The notes below the pieces were generated by a model, which was not told where the DNA came from, made no database searches, and saw nothing but the letters and a program-made list of their open reading frames with translations. A stretch of 64,000 nt of DNA from contig OZ250172.1 in assembly GCA_965237905.1 (NCBI GenBank), positions 1,248,001 to 1,312,000 on the forward strand, given 5' to 3'. Positions 18,876-29,680 of the stretch are shown one piece after another (the first letter of the stretch is position 1; each line of letters opens with the position of its first letter). Source of the stretch: Nitrospinaceae bacterium (GTDB lineage Bacteria; Nitrospinota; Nitrospinia; Nitrospinales; Nitrospinaceae). Made by a program: the position numbers and the translations under genes.

Positions 18876-21442
18876 CCACCGGCAAGCTGACCCTCCGCCA
18901 ACTGTTCGCGCTGGCGTTTGCCGAAACCCGCGGCGCAGGCAAGCGGTTTTTGTTTTTCGTCATCTGTCTCGCCATCGGTGTCGGCGCGGTGATGACGATC
19001 AAAAGCGTCTCGGACATCATGGAGCAAGCGATCCTCGGGGAATCGAAAAGCCTGCTGGCGGCGGATATCGAAATCAAAAGCAGTTGGCCGCAAAGCGAAG
19101 CCGACCGGGCTTACCAGAAATCCGCCCTGCCGGAATCCGAGTTTCAGCTTGTGCGCGAGGTACACGCCATGGCACGCTTCCCTTCCAATAAAGAAGGGCA
19201 CAACGGATCCCTGCTGGTGGAGTTGAAATCCGTTCCGACGGAACCGCCCCTGTATCCTTACTATGGAATCCTCAAAACGAAATCTGCGCTTCCAATTAAC
19301 AAGCTGTTGTTCGGAAGCGGGGCGCTGGTGGAACCGAATTTCTTGTTAAAGACTAAACTGAACGTCGGCGATTCGTTTCAACTGGGATCGGTCACCGCAC
19401 GCATTGCCGGAGTCATCGAAGGCGAACCGGATCGTATTTCGCTGGCGTTCAGTCTGGGTCCGCGGGTGATCGTGTCCAACGAAACCCTGGACCGATCCCA
19501 ACTCATCCAGCCCGGAAGCCGCATCACTCACAAAACATTGATCCGCGTGCCCAAGAGCATGGACCCGGAAAATGCCGTAACTCTGCTGGAGTTCGGGCTC
19601 AAGGACAAAGGCACATCCATCCGCACGTACCGCGACGTGGCGTCCAACCTCACCCAATCCGTCGACCGCATGGGAAAATATCTCGGATCGGTCGGGGTGA
19701 TCGCGTTGTTGATGGGCGGCATTGGTATTGCGATGATCATCCGCACCTTCATGGCGCAGAAGCTGGACACCATCGCCATTCTCAACTGCCTGGGTGCGAC
19801 GTCGCGCACGGTGTTTAAAGTATATCTATTACAGGCGGTTCTGCTGGGACTGATCGGAAGCGGATTGGGGGTCGGCATCGGTTACGGATTGCAATACCTG
19901 CTTCCTTCAAAAATGTCCGGGTTGTTGAACCTCCAGTTCGAACCGGGGTTTCTCTGGGTGCCGGCGGTCCAGTCTCTCAGTATGGGTTTGTTGACCACGT
20001 TGTTATTCACTCTGTGGCCGTTGATCCGCGCAGTGCAGACGCGTCCCTTGCGGTTGTTCCGCCACATCGCAGAGGAAGAGGAATTGTCGAAGGGATCGCG
20101 CCGGGAACGATGGGCCATGAGCGCCCTGTTTGCGCTGGGCCTCGCGGCCATTATTTTCTGGCAGGCGGAATCGGTCGAGCGCGGCATGGTGTTTCTGATT
20201 TCACTGGGGGTATCGGCGGGTCTCCTGGCAGGTATCTCGGCTCTGCTTCTCAAGGCGCTCCGCACACTGCCGCCGTCGAAACGCATGACACGGCGTTACG
20301 GTCTGGCCAATTTGTACCGGCCGAACAATCAGGCGGTATCGATCATCACTGCGCTGGGCATTGGCATCATGCTGGTGCTGTCGATCCGGCTGGTGCAAAT
20401 GGACATGATCGCCATGCTCAACAAAAATACCGATATCAAGCCGCCGAATTTTTTCTTTATCGATATTCAGAGGAGCCAGACCGAAACGCTCCAAAAAGTG
20501 GTCCACCAAACCGCGCCGGACGCCACACTGGAACTGACGCCCCTGGTGCGGTCCCGGTTTCATAGTATCGACGGACGCAAGGCGGAGAACTGGCAATACG
20601 AAAATAGGCACGATGAGGAATGGTTGATCAACAGGGAGTTCAGGATAACTTACATGATGGAACTGCCGAAACGGGACAACAGCATTATTGAGGGACGCTG
20701 GTGGAGCAAAGAGGAGGCTCAACTTTCGCAGGTGTCGCTGGAAGAGGACGTGGCCCAGCGGCTGGGCGCCACACTGGGATCGCAACTCATCATGAATATC
20801 CAGGGCCTTCCCATCACTGCGGAAGTGACCAGCATTCGCAAAGTGAGCTGGCGCAACATCCGCACCAATTTCTACATGATTTTTTCGCCCGGAGCGCTGG
20901 CGCAGGCGCCGGTGACCTATGTCGGCACGGTCAGCCTCGACAAGACACGGGAGATGGCCCTGCAGGAGGCAGTGGTGGATGCTCTGCCGAACATCACCGC
21001 GTTCGGCACGCGCGACATCGTCGATACGGTGGAGTCGGTGGTCAACAAACTACTGACACTGGTGGACTTTATGTCGGGCTTTGCGATTATATCCGGTTTG
21101 TTTATTTTATCGGGAGCCATTGCATCGACCAAGTTCCGGCGGTTGAAGGAATCAGCCATTCTGAAAACCCTGGGGGCGAAGCGCAGTGTGGTGGCGTCGA
21201 TTCTGGGTTATGAATACGCCATGCTGGGGGTGATTGCCGCAACTATCGGTGTCCTGCTTTCGTCGGGGCTGTCGTGGGCGGTGATGGAATACATCGTGAA
21301 ATCCGACTGGCACTTGAGAGTCGTTCCTCTGGCATGGGCCCTAGTGACGGCGATCATCCTCACCACCGTTACCGGCATCGTGAGCAGTCTCGACGTTCTG
21401 CGCAACAAACCGGTTCAAACCCTGCGCAAGGTAGACGCCTGA
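18872..21442 (+). CDS. ABC transporter permease (YbbP/FtsX-like, duplicated)
   Basis: Two FtsX-like halves, PNFFFIDIQ, AILKTLGA; coupled to the ATPase. Confidence 0.9.
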   Translation: MTTGKLTLRQLFALAFAETRGAGKRFLFFVICLAIGVGAVMTIKSVSDIMEQAILGESKSLLAADIEIKSSWPQSEADRAYQKSALPESEFQLVREVHAMARFPSNKEGHNGSLLVELKSVPTEPPLYPYYGILKTKSALPINKLLFGSGALVEPNFLLKTKLNVGDSFQLGSVTARIAGVIEGEPDRISLAFSLGPRVIVSNETLDRSQLIQPGSRITHKTLIRVPKSMDPENAVTLLEFGLKDKGTSIRTYRDVASNLTQSVDRMGKYLGSVGVIALLMGGIGIAMIIRTFMAQKLDTIAILNCLGATSRTVFKVYLLQAVLLGLIGSGLGVGIGYGLQYLLPSKMSGLLNLQFEPGFLWVPAVQSLSMGLLTTLLFTLWPLIRAVQTRPLRLFRHIAEEEELSKGSRRERWAMSALFALGLAAIIFWQAESVERGMVFLISLGVSAGLLAGISALLLKALRTLPPSKRMTRRYGLANLYRPNNQAVSIITALGIGIMLVLSIRLVQMDMIAMLNKNTDIKPPNFFFIDIQRSQTETLQKVVHQTAPDATLELTPLVRSRFHSIDGRKAENWQYENRHDEEWLINREFRITYMMELPKRDNSIIEGRWWSKEEAQLSQVSLEEDVAQRLGATLGSQLIMNIQGLPITAEVTSIRKVSWRNIRTNFYMIFSPGALAQAPVTYVGTVSLDKTREMALQEAVVDALPNITAFGTRDIVDTVESVVNKLLTLVDFMSGFAIISGLFILSGAIASTKFRRLKESAILKTLGAKRSVVASILGYEYAMLGVIAATIGVLLSSGLSWAVMEYIVKSDWHLRVVPLAWALVTAIILTTVTGIVSSLDVLRNKPVQTLRKVDA

Positions 21443-21456
21443 ATGAGGCAACGAAC

Positions 21457-21759
21457 TCAAAACTCCAGGGCAACCTGATCCCCTTCCACCTGCACCTTAT
21501 AGCTTTCGACTTTGGCCTGGGGATTGTTCTGGCATTGGCCACTGGTCACATCATACTGCCATCCATGCAGGGGACAGGTGATGATGTTTCCCTCCAGCTG
21601 GCCGGAACCCAGGGAGCCGCCTTTGTGCAAGCAGGTATCTTCCGTAGCACACCACTGTCCGCCCGCGTTGTAAACCGCGATCTCCTTGCCTTCCACCGTG
21701 AAGGTTTTGCATTGACCCTCGCCTATATCGGAAATTTTACATACCTGATGTAAAGCCAT
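21457..21759 (-). CDS. Small Rieske [2Fe-2S] ferredoxin
   Basis: CLH...CPLHGW motif; start set at ATG 21759 (MALHQVC). Confidence 0.9.
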   Translation of the reverse strand: MALHQVCKISDIGEGQCKTFTVEGKEIAVYNAGGQWCATEDTCLHKGGSLGSGQLEGNIITCPLHGWQYDVTSGQCQNNPQAKVESYKVQVEGDQVALEF

Positions 21760-21936
21760 TATTCGATTCCTCAAAAGGGTTTGAATATCCATTTTCAAAT
21801 GAAACGGAACCATTTTAATATTTCTCTCTCTTAATAAAAATAAGATTCGATTGAATCGCCATGAAGTCGAATTTGTCAAACGATTGAGAATGTTATAAAA
21901 TTCGGAGTCAACATTGAATTTCAAGGATTATCGCCC

Positions 21937-22590
21937 ATGCCCTTGGATCGATTCCCTGTATTGACGAAAAGATTTCCCCGATCTTCCTTTAAGGTCCTAT
22001 TCTGTTCTTTCTTCTTGGTTTTATTGGGGTTGTGGCCAGGAGACTCCCCATGGCTTTGGGCCGACCCCAGGGATTATATTCATGAGCCCTATGAAGCGCC
22101 GCCGTATGTCCCGCCCCCGCCTCGCCAATCGAAAGTCCAACTGACGGACAATCAAGACGGCACTATCACCGACAATCACGGGTTGATGTGGACGCAGAAG
22201 GACAGCTATGCCGATCTGGAACAATGCCTGAACTGGTACCAATCGTATGACTATGTGAAGAAGCTGAAGACGGGCGGGCACAGCGACTGGCGCATGCCCA
22301 CCACGATGGAGCTGTACGGCATTTACGACGACACGATTGAAAATGTCCTGGCGTGGGACCACGACCCCGAAAATCCCCTGCACCTCGACAAACGGTTCGC
22401 GGACGGCGCAGCCTACTGGTACTGGTCAGGAGAAAAAGAGGATACGGATCTTACGGACTGTTGTGCTCCGGCCTTTTATTTTGTGAAGGGATTTTCCAAC
22501 GTGCGGCGGCTGTCCATGTGCTTAAACGGCGGCGTGCGTGCCGTACGAAACGCCGGACAGGGGAAACCGGAAGTCAGGAAACTCAAATGA
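21937..22590 (+). CDS. DUF1566 (Lcl C-terminal) domain exported protein
   Basis: DNQDGTITD..GLMW, GGHSDWRMPT..EL, YWS, VRAVR; N-terminal hydrophobic segment. Confidence 0.85.
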   Translation: MPLDRFPVLTKRFPRSSFKVLFCSFFLVLLGLWPGDSPWLWADPRDYIHEPYEAPPYVPPPPRQSKVQLTDNQDGTITDNHGLMWTQKDSYADLEQCLNWYQSYDYVKKLKTGGHSDWRMPTTMELYGIYDDTIENVLAWDHDPENPLHLDKRFADGAAYWYWSGEKEDTDLTDCCAPAFYFVKGFSNVRRLSMCLNGGVRAVRNAGQGKPEVRKLK

Positions 22591-23195
22591 GATCACACTG
22601 GCAAACAGCAAAACGCGCTATCATGGTATTCTGCTTTTTGTTCTCGTTACTTACGCCCGCTGGCTGCGGCCCTGATGTGGATGAATCAACAATGCGAACA
22701 GATCATATCGAGTCTACCTATGACGGCGTACCTTGCAATGTCTATTTCTTTACCTCATGGTCGACCTACAGCCATCCAGTGCGGCCTCAAGACCCGCTCG
22801 ATCTCGAAGATGCGCTGAACCGGGAGGGCTACTACCGTGCCTGGATGGTCGGCGAGTCTGGAAAAGAGCTGTTCGTGTTTTTCGAAGCGGTTAGTAACAA
22901 CCGGCAGGAAACGCAAATTGCTCCCGAAGAAGAGCAAAGTGATCTGGCGGTAGGTTTTGTCATGTGGCGCGCGCAATACGACGGCGGGACCCTGACCAAA
23001 GGCCCCCGAATCAGCTATGGCGATGCGCTCCGCGAAAATGCGTTTCTCGTTCAACAGACCGGGTCGGGGAAAAACCTGAATCTCATCACCCAGACTGTCC
23101 AACTCAGTTATCGCTACATCTACCAGCCTGACGGCACCCTGAAAAAAATCATCATCACCAATCCGGACGGCAAGGTTAGCGAGCTTGACTATTAG
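22587..23195 (+). CDS. Hypothetical lipoprotein, possibly DUF6156-like
   Basis: ATGA overlap with upstream gene, lipobox PAGC; FFTSWSTYSHP..P..PL...YYRA and YRY.Y..DG.LK...I motifs recall DUF6156. Confidence 0.55.
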   Translation: MRSHWQTAKRAIMVFCFLFSLLTPAGCGPDVDESTMRTDHIESTYDGVPCNVYFFTSWSTYSHPVRPQDPLDLEDALNREGYYRAWMVGESGKELFVFFEAVSNNRQETQIAPEEEQSDLAVGFVMWRAQYDGGTLTKGPRISYGDALRENAFLVQQTGSGKNLNLITQTVQLSYRYIYQPDGTLKKIIITNPDGKVSELDY

Positions 23196-23218
23196 AAGCG
23201 GTCGAGAAAATCCCATTT

Positions 23219-24661
23219 TTATGTGGCGTGGCTTGCGGGGAGATGGATCCGGAAGGTGCTGCCTTTACCGACTGAGCTGTCCACGCTCACGCTTCCGCCG
23301 TGCACCTGGGCGATGTGCTTGACGATGGCAAGGCCCAGTCCAGTGCCTCCCATTTCGCGGCTCCGATCCCTATCCACCCGGTAAAACCGTTCGAACAAAC
23401 GGGGGAAATGTTCCTTTTCGATGCCCCGGCCTTCATCGATCACCGCCACCGTGATTCCTCCCTCGCCAGCCACAACATCAACACGGACCTGCGTCGAGGG
23501 AAGGCTGTACTTGATGGCGTTGTCTACGAGATTGATCACCGCCTGCTCCAACAACTGCGGGTTGATCCGGGCCGTGACGCTCTCGGGGCAATCCAGCTCC
23601 ACGCGAACGGTTTTCTCGGAAGCCTTGGGAGCACACGCCTGGATCGCCATTTCCAGGACAGGCTTCAATCCGCTTTCCTCGATAATAATTTCCACTTTCT
23701 CTGAATCCTGCTCCAGTTGAGACAGACTGAGCAGGTCGTCGATGATAGCATTGAGACGGTCCGTTTGACTGGCCACGATCTCTAAAAACCGCTTGCTGTC
23801 TTCGGGTTTATCCAAAGCGCCGCCCAACAGGGTTTCGACGAATCCTTTAATGGAGGTGATGGGCGTTTTGAGTTCGTGAGAAACGTTGGCGACAAAATCG
23901 CGGCGTATGGTCTCCAGTTTACGTAGCCGATGAATACGGTCGTCCAGTTGGGCGGCCATGGTGTTGAGTGCTTCGGCGAGGCGGATCACGTCGTCGGGAC
24001 CTTCCACACGAATGCGCGAATCCAGTTGTCCGGACGCAAACCGTTCAGCGTTATCTTTCATCTCCGAGAGGGGACGGCTGATCCTCCGGGAGATATAGAG
24101 GCTGACGGGGGTCGCGGCCAAAGCGATCAACAAACCCGCCAGGATTATTTTCCACAGCATCCCCTTCAATGTTTCATCGATCACGGTCAAACGCACGGAG
24201 AGACGCACCACCCCCGCCAATTGCCCGTTGTGATCAACAGGAAGAGCCACGTACATCAAATTGGCGTTGAGGGTTCTACTGGTGCGGACCGAGGACCCCG
24301 TTTTCCCCGCTAAAGCTTCCTTCACTTCCGGACGGTCAGCATGATTATCCATGCGATCGGGATTTTCGTCGGAATCCCCGACCACGGTTCCGTCAGGAAG
24401 AATTAACGTGATCCGCTGTTCACCGGGTTGTCCCAGCGTTTCCGCCAGACGTTTCAGCGCCGGGATATTGACAGAAGCGAAGTGGTGAGACACCTGATGC
24501 TGGATCAAGCGGGCACGGGATTCCAAGTCGGCTGAAGTTTGTTCATTATAGAAATGGTGGAGGGCGCTGACCGTGTACCCTCCGATCGCCCCGAGGGACA
24601 ACAGAGTGATCAGCAGATAGGAAAGATAAAGCTGTCTGTGCAAAGTTCTTTTGAACATCAC
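23219..24661 (-). CDS. PhoR-like sensor histidine kinase (periplasmic sensor, HAMP, HisKA, HATPase)
   Basis: MDNHADRPE, RRDFVANVSHELKTP, NLVDNAIKY, FERFYRVD..RSR..GGTGLGL. Confidence 0.88.
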   Translation of the reverse strand: MMFKRTLHRQLYLSYLLITLLSLGAIGGYTVSALHHFYNEQTSADLESRARLIQHQVSHHFASVNIPALKRLAETLGQPGEQRITLILPDGTVVGDSDENPDRMDNHADRPEVKEALAGKTGSSVRTSRTLNANLMYVALPVDHNGQLAGVVRLSVRLTVIDETLKGMLWKIILAGLLIALAATPVSLYISRRISRPLSEMKDNAERFASGQLDSRIRVEGPDDVIRLAEALNTMAAQLDDRIHRLRKLETIRRDFVANVSHELKTPITSIKGFVETLLGGALDKPEDSKRFLEIVASQTDRLNAIIDDLLSLSQLEQDSEKVEIIIEESGLKPVLEMAIQACAPKASEKTVRVELDCPESVTARINPQLLEQAVINLVDNAIKYSLPSTQVRVDVVAGEGGITVAVIDEGRGIEKEHFPRLFERFYRVDRDRSREMGGTGLGLAIVKHIAQVHGGSVSVDSSVGKGSTFRIHLPASHAT

Positions 24662-25347
24662 GCTTCCTGAAACCGGTACCCCACCCCCCGTACCGTTTCA
24701 ATGTAGGTGGAACAATGATCCAATTTCCGGCGCAGGCCGACGATCTGGAAATCTACGGAGCGGTCGGTTACGGCATGGTCCTCCCCCCGAACTGCATCCA
24801 CGATCTGCCCGCGGGTAAACACCCAGCCGGGCCGGGTGGCGAGGGTCTGGAGAATACGGAATTCGGTGAACGTTAGATCGAGTTTTTTGTTCTCCAACAA
24901 CGCTTCATGGCGGCCGGGATGGATGACCAGATCGCCGATTTGAATCACATCCTTACCCTCCGGTATGGGAGAGCGTTTGCGGCGGAGTACTGCCTTCACC
25001 CGGCTCAACAGAACTTTAGGGCTGAACGGTTTGATCACATAATCATCCGCTCCCAATTCCAGTCCCGTGACGATGTCCGTCTCGTCCCCTTTGGCGGTGA
25101 CCATAATGACGGCAATACCCTGGGTGGCGGCGTCCCGTTTCAATTCCTTACAGACGTCCAGGCCGTCGAGACCGGGGAGCATCAAGTCGAGGAGCACCAA
25201 GTCAGGATTCCCGGTGCGGGCGGCTTCCAACCCTTTCTCTCCGCTGAGGACACAGCTGACCTGATAACCCTCTTTGGCTAGGTTGTACCGGATGAGTTCC
25301 TGGATATTTTCCTCGTCTTCCACGACCAGGATTTTTTCGGTGGGCAT
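24658..25347 (-). CDS. PhoB/OmpR-family response regulator
   Basis: ILVVEDE, LLDLMLPG, KPFS, winged helix ending IETVRGVGY; start set at ATG 25347. Confidence 0.92.
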   Translation of the reverse strand: MPTEKILVVEDEENIQELIRYNLAKEGYQVSCVLSGEKGLEAARTGNPDLVLLDLMLPGLDGLDVCKELKRDAATQGIAVIMVTAKGDETDIVTGLELGADDYVIKPFSPKVLLSRVKAVLRRKRSPIPEGKDVIQIGDLVIHPGRHEALLENKKLDLTFTEFRILQTLATRPGWVFTRGQIVDAVRGEDHAVTDRSVDFQIVGLRRKLDHCSTYIETVRGVGYRFQEA

Positions 25348-25490
25348 GACCGCCTCCCTGTTTTCGGTTATTAATTTACCATTGAACAACAGGAATGTTA
25401 GATTTTAATTAGGAAGGGCCGCTGAGTCCTATCTTGCGGGCGAAAAAGGAGGATGAAAAAAAGATCTTCTGATTCAGGAGAAGCAAAGGT

Positions 25491-27767
25491 TTATTCAACA
25501 GCTCTCTCAGAATCCTCTGTAATGGATGGGGTATCCGGCTGGACATTGGCCAACGGCAGTTCAATGGAAAAGCAACTGCCCTCCCCGGGAACGCTTTCAG
25601 CCTGAACGGAACCGTTCATCATGGCCATCAGGGATTGGCAAATGGTCAATCCGATTCCGGTACCCTCAATATTCGAGGATTCATGTCCCAAGCGTTCAAA
25701 CGGTTCAAACAAATGTTTCAATTGGTTCTCGGGAATTCCGAGTCCGGTGTCTTTGACCATCAACTGATAGGTATTGTGGGCGGTTTGCCTTCCCTCCAGA
25801 ACCACGGTGCCATTGGGATGATTGTATTTGATGGCGTTGGAAAGCAGATTTGCCAATACCTGTTTGAGTCGCAAAGGATCCACCCACACCTCAACAAAAT
25901 CATTCTCTGCAATGTTATTGATCATTTCAATCTTCTGCTCCAGCGCCATCGGCAAAAACAGGTTGAATGTCTTATGGACTAACGGCGCCAAAAGAATATT
26001 ATTGCTGTGCAGGGTCATCCGTCCGGATTCGATATGGGACAAATCCAAAATATCGTTGATCAACTCCAGCAAATGTTTTCCAGAATCGATAATGTGATCA
26101 ACGGATTCTTTATCATCCGGACTCAGACTTTGGCCCTTCATTTGCATGAGTTGACTGAAACCCAGAATGGCGTTCAAGGGGGTGCGGAGTTCATGACTCA
26201 TCTGTGACAGAAATTCGGATTTTGCCTTACTGGCCTTTTCGGCGTACTCCTTGGCTTCAACCAAATTATTTTCCACATTACTCCGCTCCAACTCGGCATA
26301 GGCCCGGGAAGCAAAGATCGCTAAAATCATATAGTTGATGGGAGCATCTTGAATCGGCTGGTCATCCATGATCCCCAAATGACCCAAAAAATTACCGGAA
26401 AAATCCAAAATTGGGATACTTTGATAACCTTCGATATTGAATTCTCGTAGCAACCGGTCTTCGGGATAAAACTGTTGCACCCACTTCGGGAAACTGCTCC
26501 ATTCCCCTTGGATCATTTTCTCACAAGGAGTATTGGCGATTTCGTAGGTGATGCTTTCGGAGTAACCTTTACCGATCCAGAATGCCAGGGTTTGAACCAA
26601 CCCTTTTTCGGGGTCCACCAACTTATTCACAAAAGCATATTTTACTTTGAAGGCAAGGGCCAAATGGTTGACTAGAGACTTGAAAAATTCTTCGCCCGTC
26701 GCTGAAGAAGTGCCGTGAACAACAAACTTCAATTGGTTGAATAATTGCCTGTATTGGTTTTCACTTTCACGGAGGGCGGACTCGACCTGTTGCCGTTCGG
26801 TCAGTTCACCTTTTAACTCCCGCGTTCGGCGATTCACCTGATGGGTCAAAGACCGGTTCCAGAACAATACGCCCGCCACCCCCAATAGGCCCAATACCAC
26901 TGCCAGGGAAATCGCAATCTCCTTGAACGTTTTTGCAGGAGGCCGCTCCAGTGCGATCCATTTGGTGTAGATCGCTTTCCGCTCTATAGGAGTGATCTGT
27001 GCCAACGCCTTGTCGAGAATCCGGTTCAACTCAGGCCAATCGTTGCGTGAGGCAAGAGCCCACTGATACGCATACCCGGATTCTCCAGAGATGCGCAGGT
27101 TGGTAATCCCCCCTTGCTCGATGTAGGTGGTCGCCAGGGCAATATTGGCAACCATGGCATCCACCAATCCAACCGACACTTTCTTCAAACCCGTTTGAAT
27201 ATCCGGAACCACATCCAACTGGATATCAGGATATTCGTTCAAGACGTGGTCATGAATCCCGTAACCCGAGATCACCGCAACCTTCATGCCGCGTAGAGTG
27301 TCCAGCGATAACTTTTCGGTCACTTGTTTCCGAACGAGGATAACGGCAGGAAGTTTCAGAAAGGGCTGGGTGAAGTGCATATATTCCAGGCGTTGGGGCG
27401 TGGGTACGGCGGCTCCCCATAAATCCACCTCTCGGTTTTGGGATTTTTTCAATACTTCATCCCAGTTTTCCAGCTGGACTTTCTTGAATGTCACTCCCAA
27501 CTTTTTTTCAATCAATGCAATATAATCCGCGGCGATACCGACGTACCGCCCTTGCTCGTCAAAATATTCTATGGGAAGGAATTGGGGATCGGGCGCCAGG
27601 CGAATTTCGGGATGCTCAGCCAGCCAGTTCTGCTCCTCATCAGTCAGAATCGAAAAATTCTGCCCTGAAGAAATCTGCGGTAGGATTAAAGAATAAAGAA
27701 GGAGGACGCCCACCAGAAATACACAGCGCCTCACTCCCTTAAAATATTTCAGCAATGTCGCACGCAT
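25491..27767 (-). CDS. Sensor histidine kinase with periplasmic solute-binding and GAF domains
   Basis: LTDEEQNWL..HP PBP domain, TM, GAF (NTPCE), SHELRTPLN, GTGIGL. Confidence 0.88.
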   Translation of the reverse strand: MRATLLKYFKGVRRCVFLVGVLLLYSLILPQISSGQNFSILTDEEQNWLAEHPEIRLAPDPQFLPIEYFDEQGRYVGIAADYIALIEKKLGVTFKKVQLENWDEVLKKSQNREVDLWGAAVPTPQRLEYMHFTQPFLKLPAVILVRKQVTEKLSLDTLRGMKVAVISGYGIHDHVLNEYPDIQLDVVPDIQTGLKKVSVGLVDAMVANIALATTYIEQGGITNLRISGESGYAYQWALASRNDWPELNRILDKALAQITPIERKAIYTKWIALERPPAKTFKEIAISLAVVLGLLGVAGVLFWNRSLTHQVNRRTRELKGELTERQQVESALRESENQYRQLFNQLKFVVHGTSSATGEEFFKSLVNHLALAFKVKYAFVNKLVDPEKGLVQTLAFWIGKGYSESITYEIANTPCEKMIQGEWSSFPKWVQQFYPEDRLLREFNIEGYQSIPILDFSGNFLGHLGIMDDQPIQDAPINYMILAIFASRAYAELERSNVENNLVEAKEYAEKASKAKSEFLSQMSHELRTPLNAILGFSQLMQMKGQSLSPDDKESVDHIIDSGKHLLELINDILDLSHIESGRMTLHSNNILLAPLVHKTFNLFLPMALEQKIEMINNIAENDFVEVWVDPLRLKQVLANLLSNAIKYNHPNGTVVLEGRQTAHNTYQLMVKDTGLGIPENQLKHLFEPFERLGHESSNIEGTGIGLTICQSLMAMMNGSVQAESVPGEGSCFSIELPLANVQPDTPSITEDSERAVE

Positions 27768-27853
27768 TAAATAAGTATCTCATAGTTGTCATAAAAACCA
27801 AGAGGCTCACAGACCAATTAGGGTGATCTTGAAGACCCAAACTTATAGAGGTT

Positions 27854-28468
27854 TTACTCGGGTGAGGCGGCGCCACCGTACATATATGAAAAAATTTTCG
27901 GGCCTTCCATATAAAAACGTTTATAGCCCAAGATTTTAAAACCCGAACTTAGAATCAAACGGTCGATTTCGCGGTTCACGTGGCACCCCCCGGCAAACCA
28001 TTTCTGTATGGGATTCCAAATGTTTTGCAGTCGGGCGACACCGCGGTCTGGACTGAGCCCATGCTCGAGAAAATAAAACTTTCCATTCGGCCTCAAAACG
28101 CGGCGGATTTCTTTTAAAGCGGCTACGGGATCAGGAATGGTGCACAGGGTCCAGGTACTCACCACCGCATCCACCGAATGATCGGGTAGCGCAAATCGAC
28201 TGCCCTTCAACTCGACAAACTCGACAGGAAAGGGCGCGCGCCGAATTCTTTTTTTGGCCAGTCGACGGCCCAGTTGTGAGGGATCCAGCGCATACAGGTG
28301 GGTGACCCGGCTGGTATAATGAGGCAGGTTCAATCCTGATCCGAAACCGACTTCCAGCACTTTACCCCCAACATCTTTCAGATATTGCTGGCGGAGCTTG
28401 CTGAACCGCGGCCAGCATAGGGTCCAGTTGATGCCGCGGGGGAGGATTTGATCTTCGTAAAATCCCAT
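27854..28468 (-). CDS. Class I SAM-dependent methyltransferase
   Basis: VLEVGFGSG, DAVVSTWTLCTIPD, RRVLRP.G, GGCH.NR. Confidence 0.9.
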   Translation of the reverse strand: MGFYEDQILPRGINWTLCWPRFSKLRQQYLKDVGGKVLEVGFGSGLNLPHYTSRVTHLYALDPSQLGRRLAKKRIRRAPFPVEFVELKGSRFALPDHSVDAVVSTWTLCTIPDPVAALKEIRRVLRPNGKFYFLEHGLSPDRGVARLQNIWNPIQKWFAGGCHVNREIDRLILSSGFKILGYKRFYMEGPKIFSYMYGGAASPE

Positions 28469-28533
28469 AATAGATTACAGTTTGAGAATCTCTCTTTGCT
28501 CGAAGATTTTATATTTGGATTGCACATCTTACC

Positions 28534-29583
28534 TCAATTGAGCTGCGCTTCAAAAAAAGTAACAATTTTTTCACTGGCTGAAAAGTCGCGACTCATGGCG
28601 CCAGCCCGGTTTGAAGAGTTGTAACCACCGGGCCAGGTATGGCCGCCACCCTCCACCTGAATATGCACCAAGGGCGCAGCACATCCTCCAAAGGAAATCT
28701 TATAGGACTGTGTGCCATCATTGGGATCGTTATCCGGCAGGAGCAGAGTGGCGAATGTGTCAGCACAAGCATTGTTGGCCTTCCGGACGGTAAGGTTGTC
28801 ATTCACCCCCAGGAAATTACGGGTTTCGCCAAATACACAAGTTTGCCGGCCACCCTTATAGGGCCAACAGGGATCTGCTGTGCCATGAATATGTAAAGTG
28901 GGAATAGCAACAGCTCCAGAACAACCTTGAACCACCCCAAACTGATTGTTCCCCGACACAGGAGCAATGCCAGCTACTTCATTGGGAAGTTCACAGGCTA
29001 AACGATAACTCATAGACGCACCATTAGATCCACCAGTCAAAAATATTTTATTAGAAGAAACCCGGACTTTATTTTTCAGACTCGAAAACAAATCTCGAAA
29101 GTATTGAGTGTCATCAATTCCTTTCCTACATGCGTAACCGCTGATGCAGGCATAGCCGTTAGCACCCCCGCCCGCGTTCCAGGTCCGAACATTGGGGATT
29201 AGAGGGCGTCCCGTGCCATTAGGGTAAACCACAGCAAAACCTCTGGAAGTGCCATACTTGGAAAGACAAAAGGGACTGGATAAATCGCCGTCCGGACAGG
29301 TCATCTTCTCGGCTCCTTCCTTGTTACTCCCTCCACCATGGAGAACCACAATGGCCGGAAAATCGCGGTCAGTGCCAACCGGCAAATACACATCAAACTT
29401 CCGCTTCGCCCATTTGTCCATTGCACACTCCAAGTGATTCAGCCCCACTTCCGCACAATTCACTTCGGACCGAAAGATATTATCCCCTCCTCTCGAGCCA
29501 CCAGAACTCCCTGCTGTAGACTGGCAGCCCAAAAGTGCAGCCGCACCTATACTTAAAAATGTGTAAGAAAATAGCCTTCTCAT
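28534..29583 (-). CDS. PHB-depolymerase/LpqC-like alpha/beta hydrolase lipoprotein
   Basis: Lipobox LLGC, VLHGG, WNAG, GGSNG nucleophile, HGTAD, GGGHTWPG. Confidence 0.85.
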   Translation of the reverse strand: MRRLFSYTFLSIGAAALLGCQSTAGSSGGSRGGDNIFRSEVNCAEVGLNHLECAMDKWAKRKFDVYLPVGTDRDFPAIVVLHGGGSNKEGAEKMTCPDGDLSSPFCLSKYGTSRGFAVVYPNGTGRPLIPNVRTWNAGGGANGYACISGYACRKGIDDTQYFRDLFSSLKNKVRVSSNKIFLTGGSNGASMSYRLACELPNEVAGIAPVSGNNQFGVVQGCSGAVAIPTLHIHGTADPCWPYKGGRQTCVFGETRNFLGVNDNLTVRKANNACADTFATLLLPDNDPNDGTQSYKISFGGCAAPLVHIQVEGGGHTWPGGYNSSNRAGAMSRDFSASEKIVTFFEAQLN

Positions 29584-29680
29584 ACTCTCAGTGTAAGGTG
29601 AATCAGCTGTCGGAAAAAGCGAAAAGCAAGAGGAGGGATTATCGTGGGGGCTTGCTGGAATACGTCGGCAATAGGAACGT

